A DNA stretch of 64,000 bases, from positions 2,904,946 to 2,968,945 of the forward strand of contig CAJFCJ010000006.1 of the NCBI GenBank assembly GCA_904063045.1, written 5' to 3'. The notes beneath the pieces were generated by a model that saw nothing but the letters and a program-made list of their open reading frames with translations, was not told where the DNA came from and did not search any database. The translations under genes and the position numbers were made by a program. This document shows, piece after piece, positions 35,536 through 47,476 of the stretch; the stretch's first letter is position 1, and the number at the start of each line of letters is the position of its first letter. Origin of the DNA: Dimorphilus gyrociliatus (taxonomy: Eukaryota > Animalia > Annelida).

Positions 35536-38228
35536 TTATTGAACTTTCACCAGGAAACCATATAAGAAGATTGCGCCACAATGATAAGTCATCCACTCTA
35601 GCTCGTCATTAGGTAACCTTAATAATATTAAAAAATAAAAAAGCAGTATTTTTTTTAATATGACAATAAAATATTTTCTAGAAACTACCTTGGATCGATA
35701 GCCGTAGTACCTAGATTCATAGTCTCTGGTCCTACGGTGTAAACATCAGGCTTTACTAGAACTTGGAAAGCTGTCTTAAATGTCTTATCTTTAAAGCTAA
35801 ATAATGACAATATATCTTTTATTTATCTTGATATTTGTATTTTACTAATGGATTTACCTGACTTGGTCGCAATAAAGTTCCGAATAAAATATCGAGGGGC
35901 TCAGAAACGTTTGATTTACATTAAATCCTTCTGGCTTATTATCCTCTGTAAAATGCCATTCTGGTGGTCTAATTTTTTTACCATCTAGGGTAGTATCACC
36001 AGGCTTTAAAAAATTACCATGCTGCAGAATGGGAACAATATTATTATAAGATGTTCCATGATACGCAATTTGCCATTTTTTTAAAGCATCAATTGACTTG
36101 TCTGCATGTCTTGAGGGAAGTTTCAAACCAAATTTAAACCAACCAATAGGAACAGGATACATCCTACTAGGTTCACCTTGCGACTTATAGTCACTTCCTC
36201 CCCGAGCTAAATGACAATTTCGGCAATGGCATCGATTAAATCTCGAATCAATGTAGGTTTTAACTAAATAAAGAAAATGACTCTCTGTTAACTATTCTAT
36301 TAATTAATTATTTACGTTCATTCACCGTCAATCTTTAAATAATCTCTTACAAAGCTAGTAACAATTTTCTCTATTTCGCATTTCTTCTTCTTTGCGGCTC
36401 CATTGGTAATTTCATGTATTCTTGCTTCACAAATTTTTGCAACATTTACGATCGATGGTTGATACTTAGACGAAAACTTCTTCAAAAATTCTTGTAATTC
36501 GCGATTTCTAATGTTGGAGTATACTTCATCAGTTAATAAACTCTTGTTATCCTTTGAAACACTAATCACGGTTTGTAAACATCTACTTAAACAATGCAAA
36601 GCCAACTCTATGTGATGAGCATGTTCCTGCACTTTATCTACTTTTTGAAATATCTTTAATAGGCTTTCTATAAGACATCCTTTAAGCAACGTTAAAGAAT
36701 TATTGTCACTTGTTAACGTTCCGGACAATAGGCTGAAAGCTACTCTAGGATAAATTATAATAAAACATTGATCGGTGTCATCTACTGCTGACTCTTTGTC
36801 GTATTTTGAAAGTTTGCATCCTACATATTTTGATGAATCCACAACTAGTTTAACAACTAAGCGAAGTGCTGAATCTGTGTTGTTATTAATAAACTCTCTG
36901 CATTGATTCTGTTGCAAGAAGAAGAAAATTTACCTTTCAAATCAAATGTAGCCTTTTCTTTTTCACTTAAAATATTCATCAGGCAAATTAAATTCAATAA
37001 TAAACAAGAATCTTTATCCTCTTTTTTATAAATCTCCATTAAAGATGATTTAAGATCTTCTCTATTCATGACATCTTGAATAGCAGATACTGAAGATATA
37101 TTCATTATTAAACCAAAGACTTTCCAACGACAGGAACGTAAATCCGTCTATAAAAGTGTAAAGTTATTTAATTAGTTTATTAACTTTTCTCAAAAAATTG
37201 GCTTTGCTTACAAATTGATTTACACGAAGAATGTTGTCCAGAATTCCTACGATAATATCTAGACAACCTCGGTTAACGATGGTTTTCGAAAACTTCCGAC
37301 TTTTTGATGTAAATCTCAAGAGAAATGATAAAATACTACTAAGTGGATTAGAAAGATTAGTTCTTTTACTCCTATATTGCAAGTATTTCAAGTAGTTAAT
37401 TAAGGATTCTGTCTCGTCGTAATCAATGATAAGATGTGTATACATTGAAGTAGTTAGAGTATCTGCAACTCTTGGAATGTTTGAAAACAACTTTAACTTT
37501 TCATTAATATAGTTTGTGGAAGAGAGAGATCTCACTTTCATTTTCTCCGCTAGCTCTTTCCATAGTGATGAATAGGTAGAAATATCACCGATGTCGTCAT
37601 TCGGTGAATTGTTACTATAAATCAGGGCCATGCTTACTTCACTGCCTTTTGATGAAATATTAACGGTTGGATAGAGGGGAACATTTCGAAAAATCCTTTC
37701 AAGACAAGTACAACACGAGCCATATTCAACAGAATCCGACCTAAAGCTTAAACACCCCGAGCGCATATCTAAAATCATATAAAAAAAGTCTGGAGCCTCA
37801 AAATCATCCGATATATCAGCAGGATAAGGCATTTTCCGGCCAGAGCCCCAAACGGCATTGTTTTTATTTAAGTCCCAACCAAATGAATTATTGTTTGATC
37901 CACAGAGCTGTTGTTGTTCTTCTCGATCAAGTTGGGCATCTTTAGTCGAAAAGCCAACTATACAAATTTTTCCCCTCTTTTTTACTGGACTGTTTACTTC
38001 AAAAATATGGATACCTGACGTAAAACCTTGGTTGCCTTTTGCTAAATTAGACTTATCCGAGTAATTTTCTTTATATATTGTCAAATTATTATTTTTCAGT
38101 AATAAATCATTGGAACTTTCAGATGCATTCCATTTAAATCGTGTTCTTTTCTTGACAAATTCTAAAAAGTTCTTTGTAGCCTCTTCTCCCTCATCAATCG
38201 ATATCTTTGCAGGTTGAGCTATTGCCAT
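35536..38228 (-). CDS. Cluster gene P5: SPRY - helical - NEURL4-type ART (no N-terminal Gly)
   Basis: MAIAQP; SPRY GFTSGIHIFEV...SFGWD; CHCRNCH; WQIAYHGT; SPSIFY; AFQVLVKP; ELEW; stop 35536-35538. Confidence 0.84.
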
Positions 38229-39758
38229 TTGTAAATGATTTTCGTTCTTTAACACACCTTATTTCAATACAAAAAGTATTCAATATATCTAATGAACTTG
38301 TAAAGAATACGATCAGTAAATGACAAAATGATCAAATTGAAAAAATTACAAATAAGCAAAGGTGAAGTGGCTACTTTCGATATCAAAAGTAATCAGTGAA
38401 TAAGTAACCAGTCTAATAGTGTAAGGTAAATATCGAATGACCTATTTAAAAGTACTTGATACGAAAAAAAAATGATGACCAAAGTAGAAAAAAATCTCTA
38501 AGTCATCTACATTTATTGCGTGATATATTTACATTTTCATTTCTCTTCTCTTCCCTCCAGTATACTTAGCTTAATTAGTCATATTTTATATAACCTACTT
38601 ATGGTTATAATATACAGTATACAGATGACTTACATTTTAATTTCTATAAGAGTTAAAAGATCTTAATCTACTTAAAATTATCACGTAAAAATTCTATTTA
38701 TTATTTTGCATTGAATTAGATTTTCTAGTAAAGAATTTGCGAGAAAAAAAACACCTTTTAACTCTAAAAAGACCTTTTAATTCGTTATTCTGAAATACTA
38801 CAAATATGTATAACATTTTCTACGAAATTTATAATTACTTTCCTCTCTCTTTGATGATTAAAAGAAATAGAAAAAAAATAATAAAAAAAAGTGCTAAAAT
38901 AAAATACTTTGACCTAAATGTAACAGAAATTTTTTGTACTTCTTTCGTTAGACGACACTATTAAGGAGGAGTTTTTACAAATAGAATGTTTAATTATTTA
39001 CTTAGAAGTGAAAACATTCTTTTTTAAAACAATAATAATAATAACAAAATATTTCAATCCTTTTTTTGTTTACGTTGTTTGCTTTAAAGAGACAAAAAAT
39101 GCATCTTTATTTGTTAAACAGCGTTAGTGTAAAATATTTTTTATTAGTTTTTTTGTTTTTTTAAAAAAACAAAAAGATTCTTTTTTTCGAATGACTAAAC
39201 AACTATGAAAAAACATTCTCGGTTTATTTTCATAAAATGCTTTGTAAACAAAAAATTATCATTTGTATATATATATTAGTATATATATAGAAAATATATA
39301 TAGAAAATGTGATGAAAGATGAAAGGGGTGAGAATATCAGCCTTGGTGTTTTATTCATTATTTTTAATGTCTAAAAGGTTAATATCTTATATTTAATCTG
39401 CACTCTTAACTAAATCATACTATTTTTTATTTTTATTCGAGGATGAATTTAAAGAAAAAAAGACGTTATTTTAATTAAGGTACAGCGATCTTTCTAAATA
39501 TAACGCTATTATATCTTTATTAAGTACAATGACTTTAGCGAATCCTTTATATCACAAAGAATGGCAGAAATAGAACATTGAAATTTTTTTTTACTTAAAT
39601 TTATTAATTAATTCGATCTCTGCACTTCTACTATGCATGCAAAAAACACACTTTTTTTCTTTTTGACATTGTAATTTGACCTCGAGGATTTTCACTCGTA
39701 GGGTATAAATTATAGACCATCATAAGCATATTACTCATTTGAATCAGAAGTTTGAAAG

Positions 39759-40983
39759 ATGCAACATACGGCTATATACGAGGATATTTCTTTCACTCTA
39801 CAGGAAATTCTTGTATCTTTGGATACACTTGTTGACTGTCCAAAGAATGGTAGTTGGATGATTAAGAATGGGCTTGTTGAAGTATTAATTGGTATTTTAA
39901 GAACGCTGTCAACTAGCGAAACAATTTTCCATTTAACAATGGTCATCTTAAATAAACTGCTACATCAGGATCAAAATAAAGACGATGACCAGTATTTTCT
40001 CGAAATCGATTCCGAAAAGTTATTAGATACTTTGGAGATACTTAAGGAAAAAGAAAATCTCTCTTTTTTAACTTCCGCCGAAATTTGCTTAAATAAGATA
40101 CTTTTGTTAAGAAATGAAAATATCTTTTTGGATTGTCTCCTTGAAGAGAGATGTTATAGATTTTTAAGAGAAGTTTTACATATTGATGGTAACTTTTCAT
40201 TTATTTCTTTTTTTTTATTGTATGTCATTGTCACATGATTTTGTTTTTTTTTTATAGAAGATGCTTACCTGGATCCTAGATACAATAAATGCTATTGTAC
40301 TCGTTGCCATGCACAAAGACAATTAGACGATTACGATGAAAGGGGTAATCCTCCTAGAACTTATGCCGTACCTACTGGATGGTATAGATTTGCTTTAAAA
40401 ACTCCACCCTTTGCTGCAGGTGAATGTGCTTTTGATAACTGGCATAGAGCATATCACGGTACAAGACCAGAGTACATTCCAGAAATATTACGTCACGGCT
40501 GCCTCTTGATGCCTGGAGATATAACGTCCAGAGGTGATGTGCTGAAAGAAATTGAAGAAAACCGACACGACGAAAATCAACCCGAAAACTTTAATTCAAA
40601 ACAAATCTTTGTATCTCCTACAATTAAATACTCGGATTTCTACGCTAACGGAACAAAGTAAAATCATTAAGTTTAATTAATATTAATTTATTCACATATT
40701 ATAATTTACGCAACGAATATTCAACAGATGGAATAATTTTACTGTAAAAGTTGCTTTTCAAGTTCTTATCAAGCCAAACTCTTACAGAACGGGCAGAGAA
40801 ACTATCGGTCTAGAAGATCAAATTGATCCAAAGTAATTACTTGATAAATATTCTAATTAATTAGTTAATTAATTAATTACATAAATTATGATATTTTGTA
40901 GATTTTCAAATAATGAAGTTGAATGGTTTACAAATCGTCGGGCATCTATTATTTTATATGGACTTTTAATTAAAATGGATTAA
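39759..40983 (+). CDS. Cluster gene P6: N-terminally truncated (partial helical region + intact NEURL4-type ART, no SPRY)
   Basis: ORF 39759 aligns to an internal exon of P7/P11; CYCTRCH; WHRAYHGT; SPTIKY; AFQVLIKP; EVEW; stop 40981-40983. No SPRY exon visible in 38.4-39.7 kb. Confidence 0.7.
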
Positions 40984-41706
40984 ACTTCCTCTACTTAAAA
41001 AACATTACCTTGGCTATAAAGCAAATATAGAATACAAATTTTCCATTTCTTTCCTTCTTATCCCAACTATAAATAGAATAGAAGAAGATAATTTATGAAA
41101 CAAAAAATACCGTGTGGGTGGAAACATAATAGTTTTGATTGTGTGATGAAATTGAAACAATAATGCTTGTTTTTTCTTCTTTTTCTTTTTTACTGGTTTA
41201 ATACTGTCTATATAGATTTTATAATGTTCTATATATAGTTTAATTGAATAACTTATATACTCTTTATATGATTACACTTGTAAAATATACTGTAAATGTA
41301 TATATATATACATATACAGCATATATATATATATTTCTATTTATACTAAAATCATTGTTAGTTATGTTTTATATTTAAATAAAATTGTAAAATATGAAAA
41401 TGAAAGTAGATTAAAGAGTGAATTTGATTTATTGCTTATTGTTCTTTACGAGGATAATCATTGGTTAAATATTTTCAAATTAGGAGGCCTATAAGACTAT
41501 TTTTGTAGGGAATAGCAGTTAAAAATATATTGTATTTCAACCTTTAATATAAAATTAGACTTAGGAAAGCCAAAAATTTATAATGACGTAGAAAGTCTCC
41601 AGAAAAACACAATGTACGTCACAATTTGATGCAAAATTAAATCGCCTTTTGTGGCTGAATCATAGATTATAGATTTTAAAGAATAATAATAAAAAAAGAC
41701 CATAAT

Positions 41707-44366
41707 ATGGGTCTTTCTACCAGTAAAAAGAAGAAGTTGCATCATACAAATACAAATGATGATTTACCTGAAGTGACCGAAAGTAAAGAGGATAATAATT
41801 CTAAATTATCAACAAGTCAGACCTTTTTCAAGTGGGATATTAATAGCTGCTCAAAAAATTTGGTTATAAGTGATGATTTTTCTACAATCAGTAAACCATT
41901 TAAAACAGGAACAATCGACTCTGTCCGAAGTAAATTTGGATATAATTCAGGTCGTCACGTCTACAGAGTAAATTGGCCAATTGATCGACGAGGAGAAGAT
42001 ATTGCTGTAATAGGATTCTCCACCAAACACCTACCTCTTCAATCTGTTTGTGGAAGTAGTGAAAAATCATTCGGCTTGAATTTAATAGACAATTCGATAA
42101 TATTTAATAATGCTAAAACGAATACAAACGCCGATGAGGAAGTACCCGATACCTTTATTGTCATTTTAGATCTAATCGATGATTGGTGGATTATCAAGAT
42201 GGATAATAAATATATTAAAATTTCATTAAAAGAATTGAAAAATGTTATTGAAAAGGAGAATAATAAATTATATTTAACAACTAGTATGACGAAAGATGGT
42301 GGAAGAGTAAATGTTAACATTGACTGGAGAAATCCATCTATTCTATTAGAAGATGACTCACCGCACATACTAGATTCAATATCAATGAAATACGTCTTTG
42401 ATGTTTCAATTCAAGAATCTTGGCTAACATCAAAAAGTATTTTAAAGCAACTGATCTTAAACGATGGAGATAAGATTAAATCTATAATTATCCAAAGTAT
42501 TAATCTCTTTAAGCTTTATCCAAATATGCTTGAATCATCAATTGCAATCTATAGTGCCGACGATAGTATTAAAATAATATTAAGGTATTACGAATTATTG
42601 TCAAGGAATTTGGAAGATGAAAAAGTACATGCATGCTTCAAATGGATGACAGTCTTCCTATTTTTTCTTACAAATACAAATTCAACTAATAGCTTTTTAG
42701 CGGAAGAGAATGGAATATTGAAAATAATTGGAAAAGTTCTTAAAATGTTTCAGAATAAAAAAAATCCAGTAAGTTGAGTCAAATTTGCAGTTTATTGTTT
42801 AAATAAATGATCTTTATTTCTTCTTACGTAGAAGCCATTTTTATTAATCAAGCTATTATTAAATTTATCCAAACCTATACAAATGAGAGAAAAGATAAGG
42901 CAAAGCAGAGTTTATGATATAATTTCGTGGTTTAGCGATAACGACGACGTCGAATCCTATAAAATGTATGCAACAATGATAAAAGCAAGAGTAATGAATA
43001 GTACCGAAAGAAGTCACTGGAATATAGATGGTATAATATATTCTAATACATCATGAATATTCAAAATGCTTAATTTACGTTACAGAAACAATTTTACAAA
43101 GTTTAACTATATCAATAAAACTTCGAGACGAGAATGGTAATATCGACTTTAAAGAGATGACTCTCAATTTATACGAAGTTTTAGATTGTATCAGTCTGAT
43201 TTGCGAAAATTCGGATAATGGAAAATACTTTCTTCGTAACGGGGTCACGTACGAACTAATTGATATTATAAGTATTCAATCAACTCATACTTTAACAGCT
43301 GAAAAAGCTGTTCATTGCTTAAATCAGCTATTTAATCAAATAAAGAAAAGATTAGAAAATGGTAATCTATCCGATATAGATGATATTGCATTTCTGTTCA
43401 AATCCGATAGATTAAATATGATTCTTCATAACTTACTTGGAAAAAGCAGCGATGTTGACCTACATAAACAAATAAAAACGTGTTTGATAGAAATTCAAGA
43501 TATCGCAAAAATTTGCTCAAATCACAATTGCTTTTATAAGAATTTATGCAGAAAATTCATAATCAATAACTTGAAAATAAACGGTCAGTTTCTATATTCA
43601 AAACAAACAGCTAGTAATGAGTTAACTATTATAATTGTTTCAATATTTCTAGATGCTTTCTTAGAGCCTGCCTATGACATGTGCTACTGTAAATTCTGCT
43701 TTACATTAAGAGGTGATAAGGAATACTACGCTCGAGGATATCCAGAATCTACATATGCGTTACCTATAGGATGGTATAGAATTGGATTGAAGTTACCACC
43801 TCGGGCAAAAGTTGAAAATGCTTTTGAGAAATGGCATAGAGCATTTCATGGAACCAGAGTTGAGAATATACTTAAAATATTACAGCACGGTGATCTGTTA
43901 ATGCCCGGAGATATTACCGCCGAAGGGCAACAGTTGAAAGAATTAGATGGACATTTTAATCTTGATTATAAACCTGAAGGATTCGATACACGTCAAGTTT
44001 TTGTTTCTCCAACCATTCGTTATGCTGGTCTTAACGTTTATTCATATAAGCAAAAGTAAGTATAATTGAAAGATTAAATGTTTTAAATTAACAACAATAT
44101 TTATTAATAAGATGGAAAGACTTCAATGTAAAAGTAGCATTTCAAGTATTAATTAAACCAGGTACGTATAAAATTGGTAAAGAAACAATTGGAACAAGCG
44201 AAAGAATCGATCAAAGGTAAATAGAATTCACTTTTAATAATCGTTTAAATCTAATAACAATCTTCTTAGAATATCTAACGATGAAATTGAATGGTCAACA
44301 AAAAGGAGAGGAGTAATAATACCATACGGACTTTTAATTAAAGTTACAAAAGAGAATTTATCATAA
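41707..44366 (+). CDS. Cluster gene P7: MG-start/polybasic SPRY - helical - NEURL4-type ART
   Basis: MGLSTSKKKK; SPRY GYNSGRHVYRVNWP; CYCKFCF; WHRAFHGT; SPTIRYAG; AFQVLIKP; EIEW; stop 44364-44366. Confidence 0.85.
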
Positions 44367-44535
44367 AAAGAACAGTTATTATTCTTTTAATATATAATTG
44401 TTTTTATAAATAGATAGTAAAAGCTGGTTTTTTTATATTTGATTAACGTTTTACCTGATTTATCTTCGTTTAATTGTTATTAAATGAATAAAAAATGCTT
44501 TAATTATAATTTACGATATTTGAAATAATCCATGA

Positions 44536-44736
44536 TTAAAGACCTTTAGCGGATACATTTATGTATTCCATAGTAACTTGACTTTCATTAGGCATGCAGC
44601 CGGATGCAAAGTTAACTTTTTGATGAATTTTTATTCCAAGATTTTCTAAGCACACTCTATGACATTTATCATTGGCGATAAAAGATAAATATCATCCTTT
44701 AGTCAAATCTAGAATCATGTAAAAATCCTCATTGAC
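44536..44736 (-). pseudogene. Relic of the C-terminal half of a cluster-type SPRY domain
   Basis: Translates VNEDFYMILDLTKG*YLSF...SQVTMEYI, matching P4 VPENFYMILDLDKGILAF...SEVTVVEI; in-frame TGA at 44692-44694. Confidence 0.65.
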
Positions 44737-44914
44737 TAATCCAATTAATTACTAATCGTTGAATAACTCTTTAAATATCTAAAATATTCAATTTTTATCA
44801 ATACATATGATTACTTGTTCACTGAAATGTATATAAGCCTATTTATTTCAAAATTATAACAATAACCATAAAAAATATAGCGTTCCTTTTGCGTTACTTC
44901 TTATTCTTTTTTTT

Positions 44915-46965
44915 TTATAAATCATACATATTTATTTTTTGTTTTAACAATAAATTTGAATATTCATTAAGTTCATTTTGGCACTTTTTCGCTAAAGTAG
45001 CATAATTAATTGTTCCAGTTTCTGAAATTTTCTTCAACATTTTCTTTAATGTATCTTCCTCAATTAATTTTTTAACTTTTTTTCCATCTTTGATCAATTG
45101 AATAGCGTCTGCTAAAGATTTTTCAAGGATATCTAAAATTAATCTCATAAGATCATCCTCTTGTAAAGTTTTTTTCAAGCAGATTGCTAATTCATCAATT
45201 ATTGATGACATTACAAAAAACATCCCATATTCATAATTATGTTGCAATATATTACATAATTGCAGGATATCTTTTACATGAAAGGAAACTGTACTGAGTA
45301 GAGTATTTCCGGTTGTTGAAGAATTTTTCAGCAATTTCATGATTAAAGTCAGCATCGTATCTTGAAAAGAATGAAAAAGTTTTGTTATAAACTAATTAAA
45401 AATTATTGTGTACCTTCAACTTTTAAAGAATTGAGATCGTGAAAACTCAATAGATTAGACAGAGACATTACACTAAGAAATGGAATTATCTGATATTCTT
45501 CATGCATATTAATGTATCTTAAAAGGTATTTTATTAATTTACTATCCTTAATCTCTTTACTAATAAATGATACTTTTGAAAAACTATAGATAATTGCCAA
45601 ACAACTTGTCTGTAATCTTAATTCAAGCTGAAGAAGAAACGATTATTGGATTAAAATCAATTAGACAACTTTAGCTAAAACAAACTCTTGAAAATTGGTC
45701 TTTTTCAATGAATGTTTCCAAAATATCCTCAATGATTTCAACGTATCCCAAATGGAAGAATGCCGATGAATAGAGGGAGTTATTATATGATGTATTTTGA
45801 ACAAAATGACAAATGGTTAAAAAACAATTTATAGCACAATTTAAATGAATTCTTCTCCACAGAAGTTTGTGATAATTGACAATTGATTTCATATCATTAA
45901 ATTCTATCATAAGTCTCAAGTAGATTAAATACATTCGTTGATCATTTTGAAAAGTTTGGCAGACGCTTGTTAAACTTAGAAAAAATTCGGATATTTCGTA
46001 AATATCTTTTAAATTGGAATTGATCATTAAACTATTAATATCTTTCCATTGACTTTCATTGCTAAATAGTGGAACGGTTGATTGATTATGATGAAATATG
46101 TAAGGAAGTATATTCTGGGAAAAAGAATTTAGATTTTCAACAGTTACTGTACTTTTCTGAGAATAGAGTGCAGCTGTAAGATATAGAGATTGTATTTGCT
46201 CTGAAAATATGTCATTTAAACCTCCAAAACATATAGATATCTCATCATCAAATTCAAAAGCTAGAATGCCCGAATATAAATCCAAAATTACTAAGAATTC
46301 ATCCTGCACTGCAAAGTTTGAGTCTCTATTGCTCGGAAAATAACGTACATTCTTCTCATTATATACTGCAGTATTATTAACGATATCCCATCCGCATGAA
46401 AAACTATCATCAGGAATATCCGAATTACGCAGAGTTTCGTCAGATGGAATAGATAATGATGATGAATTTCCAGACGAAATTCCAATAATTGCCGATACTT
46501 TTCCCCTGTTATTTTTTGGCCACTTAACTTTGAAAAAGTTTAAGCAAGTTTTAAATTCTTTGACGCTTCTAACAATGTCGTAGGAAGGTGTATTTTCTGC
46601 CTTAGTTACTGTTGAACCATTTGAAGATATGTTCAAATTTTCAGAACATTGACTGTTATCCCATTTAAAAGCATCTGTACACGTGAACCGATATACTGCA
46701 TTTTCGTTATCGGATAATGATATATTATCGCTTACATCGTTCAATAATAAGTCATGGAGTAATGAATCAGTACTATCAACTTTAACAAGAGAACACTGCC
46801 GATCAATATCTTTAAGTTTAAAGAAAAACAGAATTGAACAAATATACATACAGTATATTAATATATTAGCTAAATAATTAGTAAGTTATTTAGTCAAGAA
46901 AATATACCTCTTTCTTCTACATTGCCATTGATAATTGTAGAAGATACGCTGGAAGAGCAACCCAT
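44915..46965 (-). CDS. Cluster gene P8: MGC-start SPRY - helical, ART domain absent
   Basis: MGCSSS exon 1 spliced (phase 1) to the SPRY exon. Helical exons end QKINMYDL* at 44915, and no ART exons lie before the P7 3' end. Confidence 0.75.
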
Positions 46966-47476
46966 GAAAATATCTAGTTGAACAGATTAATTAGGCTTTA
47001 ATTCCAGCTCTAAAAGGTAAAAATAATAATAATTACCTATAAGTCAACTGTCTTGAACGATTGACCATCAACCTTCAAACATCAAACAAATCTCCTTCAA
47101 TTTCTTGTACGGTCTCTAATTTGAAGATACAAAATTCCCTACTAAACTCAGTTTTCTATTTTCGTTTAAATATTCAATCCTATAATGCATGACTCATGAT
47201 AATATTGAAAAAAGATATATAATTCTTTATATCTCGACTTCCTCAATCGCAGAAGATTTATTTATTGATTTACTGATTTATTGATCTAAAATATTTAAAT
47301 ATTTAGGTTGTTTAATCAAATTTTAATGGGAATACTTTGTTGATTTAATACACGTATTTTTATTATTTTAACAATTATGAATTATTAACAGTCTTGGAAA
47401 AGTAGTAGTATTAAATTAGATATTTAAAACTATAACAGATTATCAACTATAAAAGTCTAAGAAACTATTAGATAGG

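Noticed and set aside
43584-43652. Stop-free 69-bp in-frame intron in P7 (and a 75-bp one at 58309-58383 in P11) as regulated intron retention
   Set aside because: With dozens of short introns, one or two stop-free 3n cases are expected by chance; they are not shared between paralogues.
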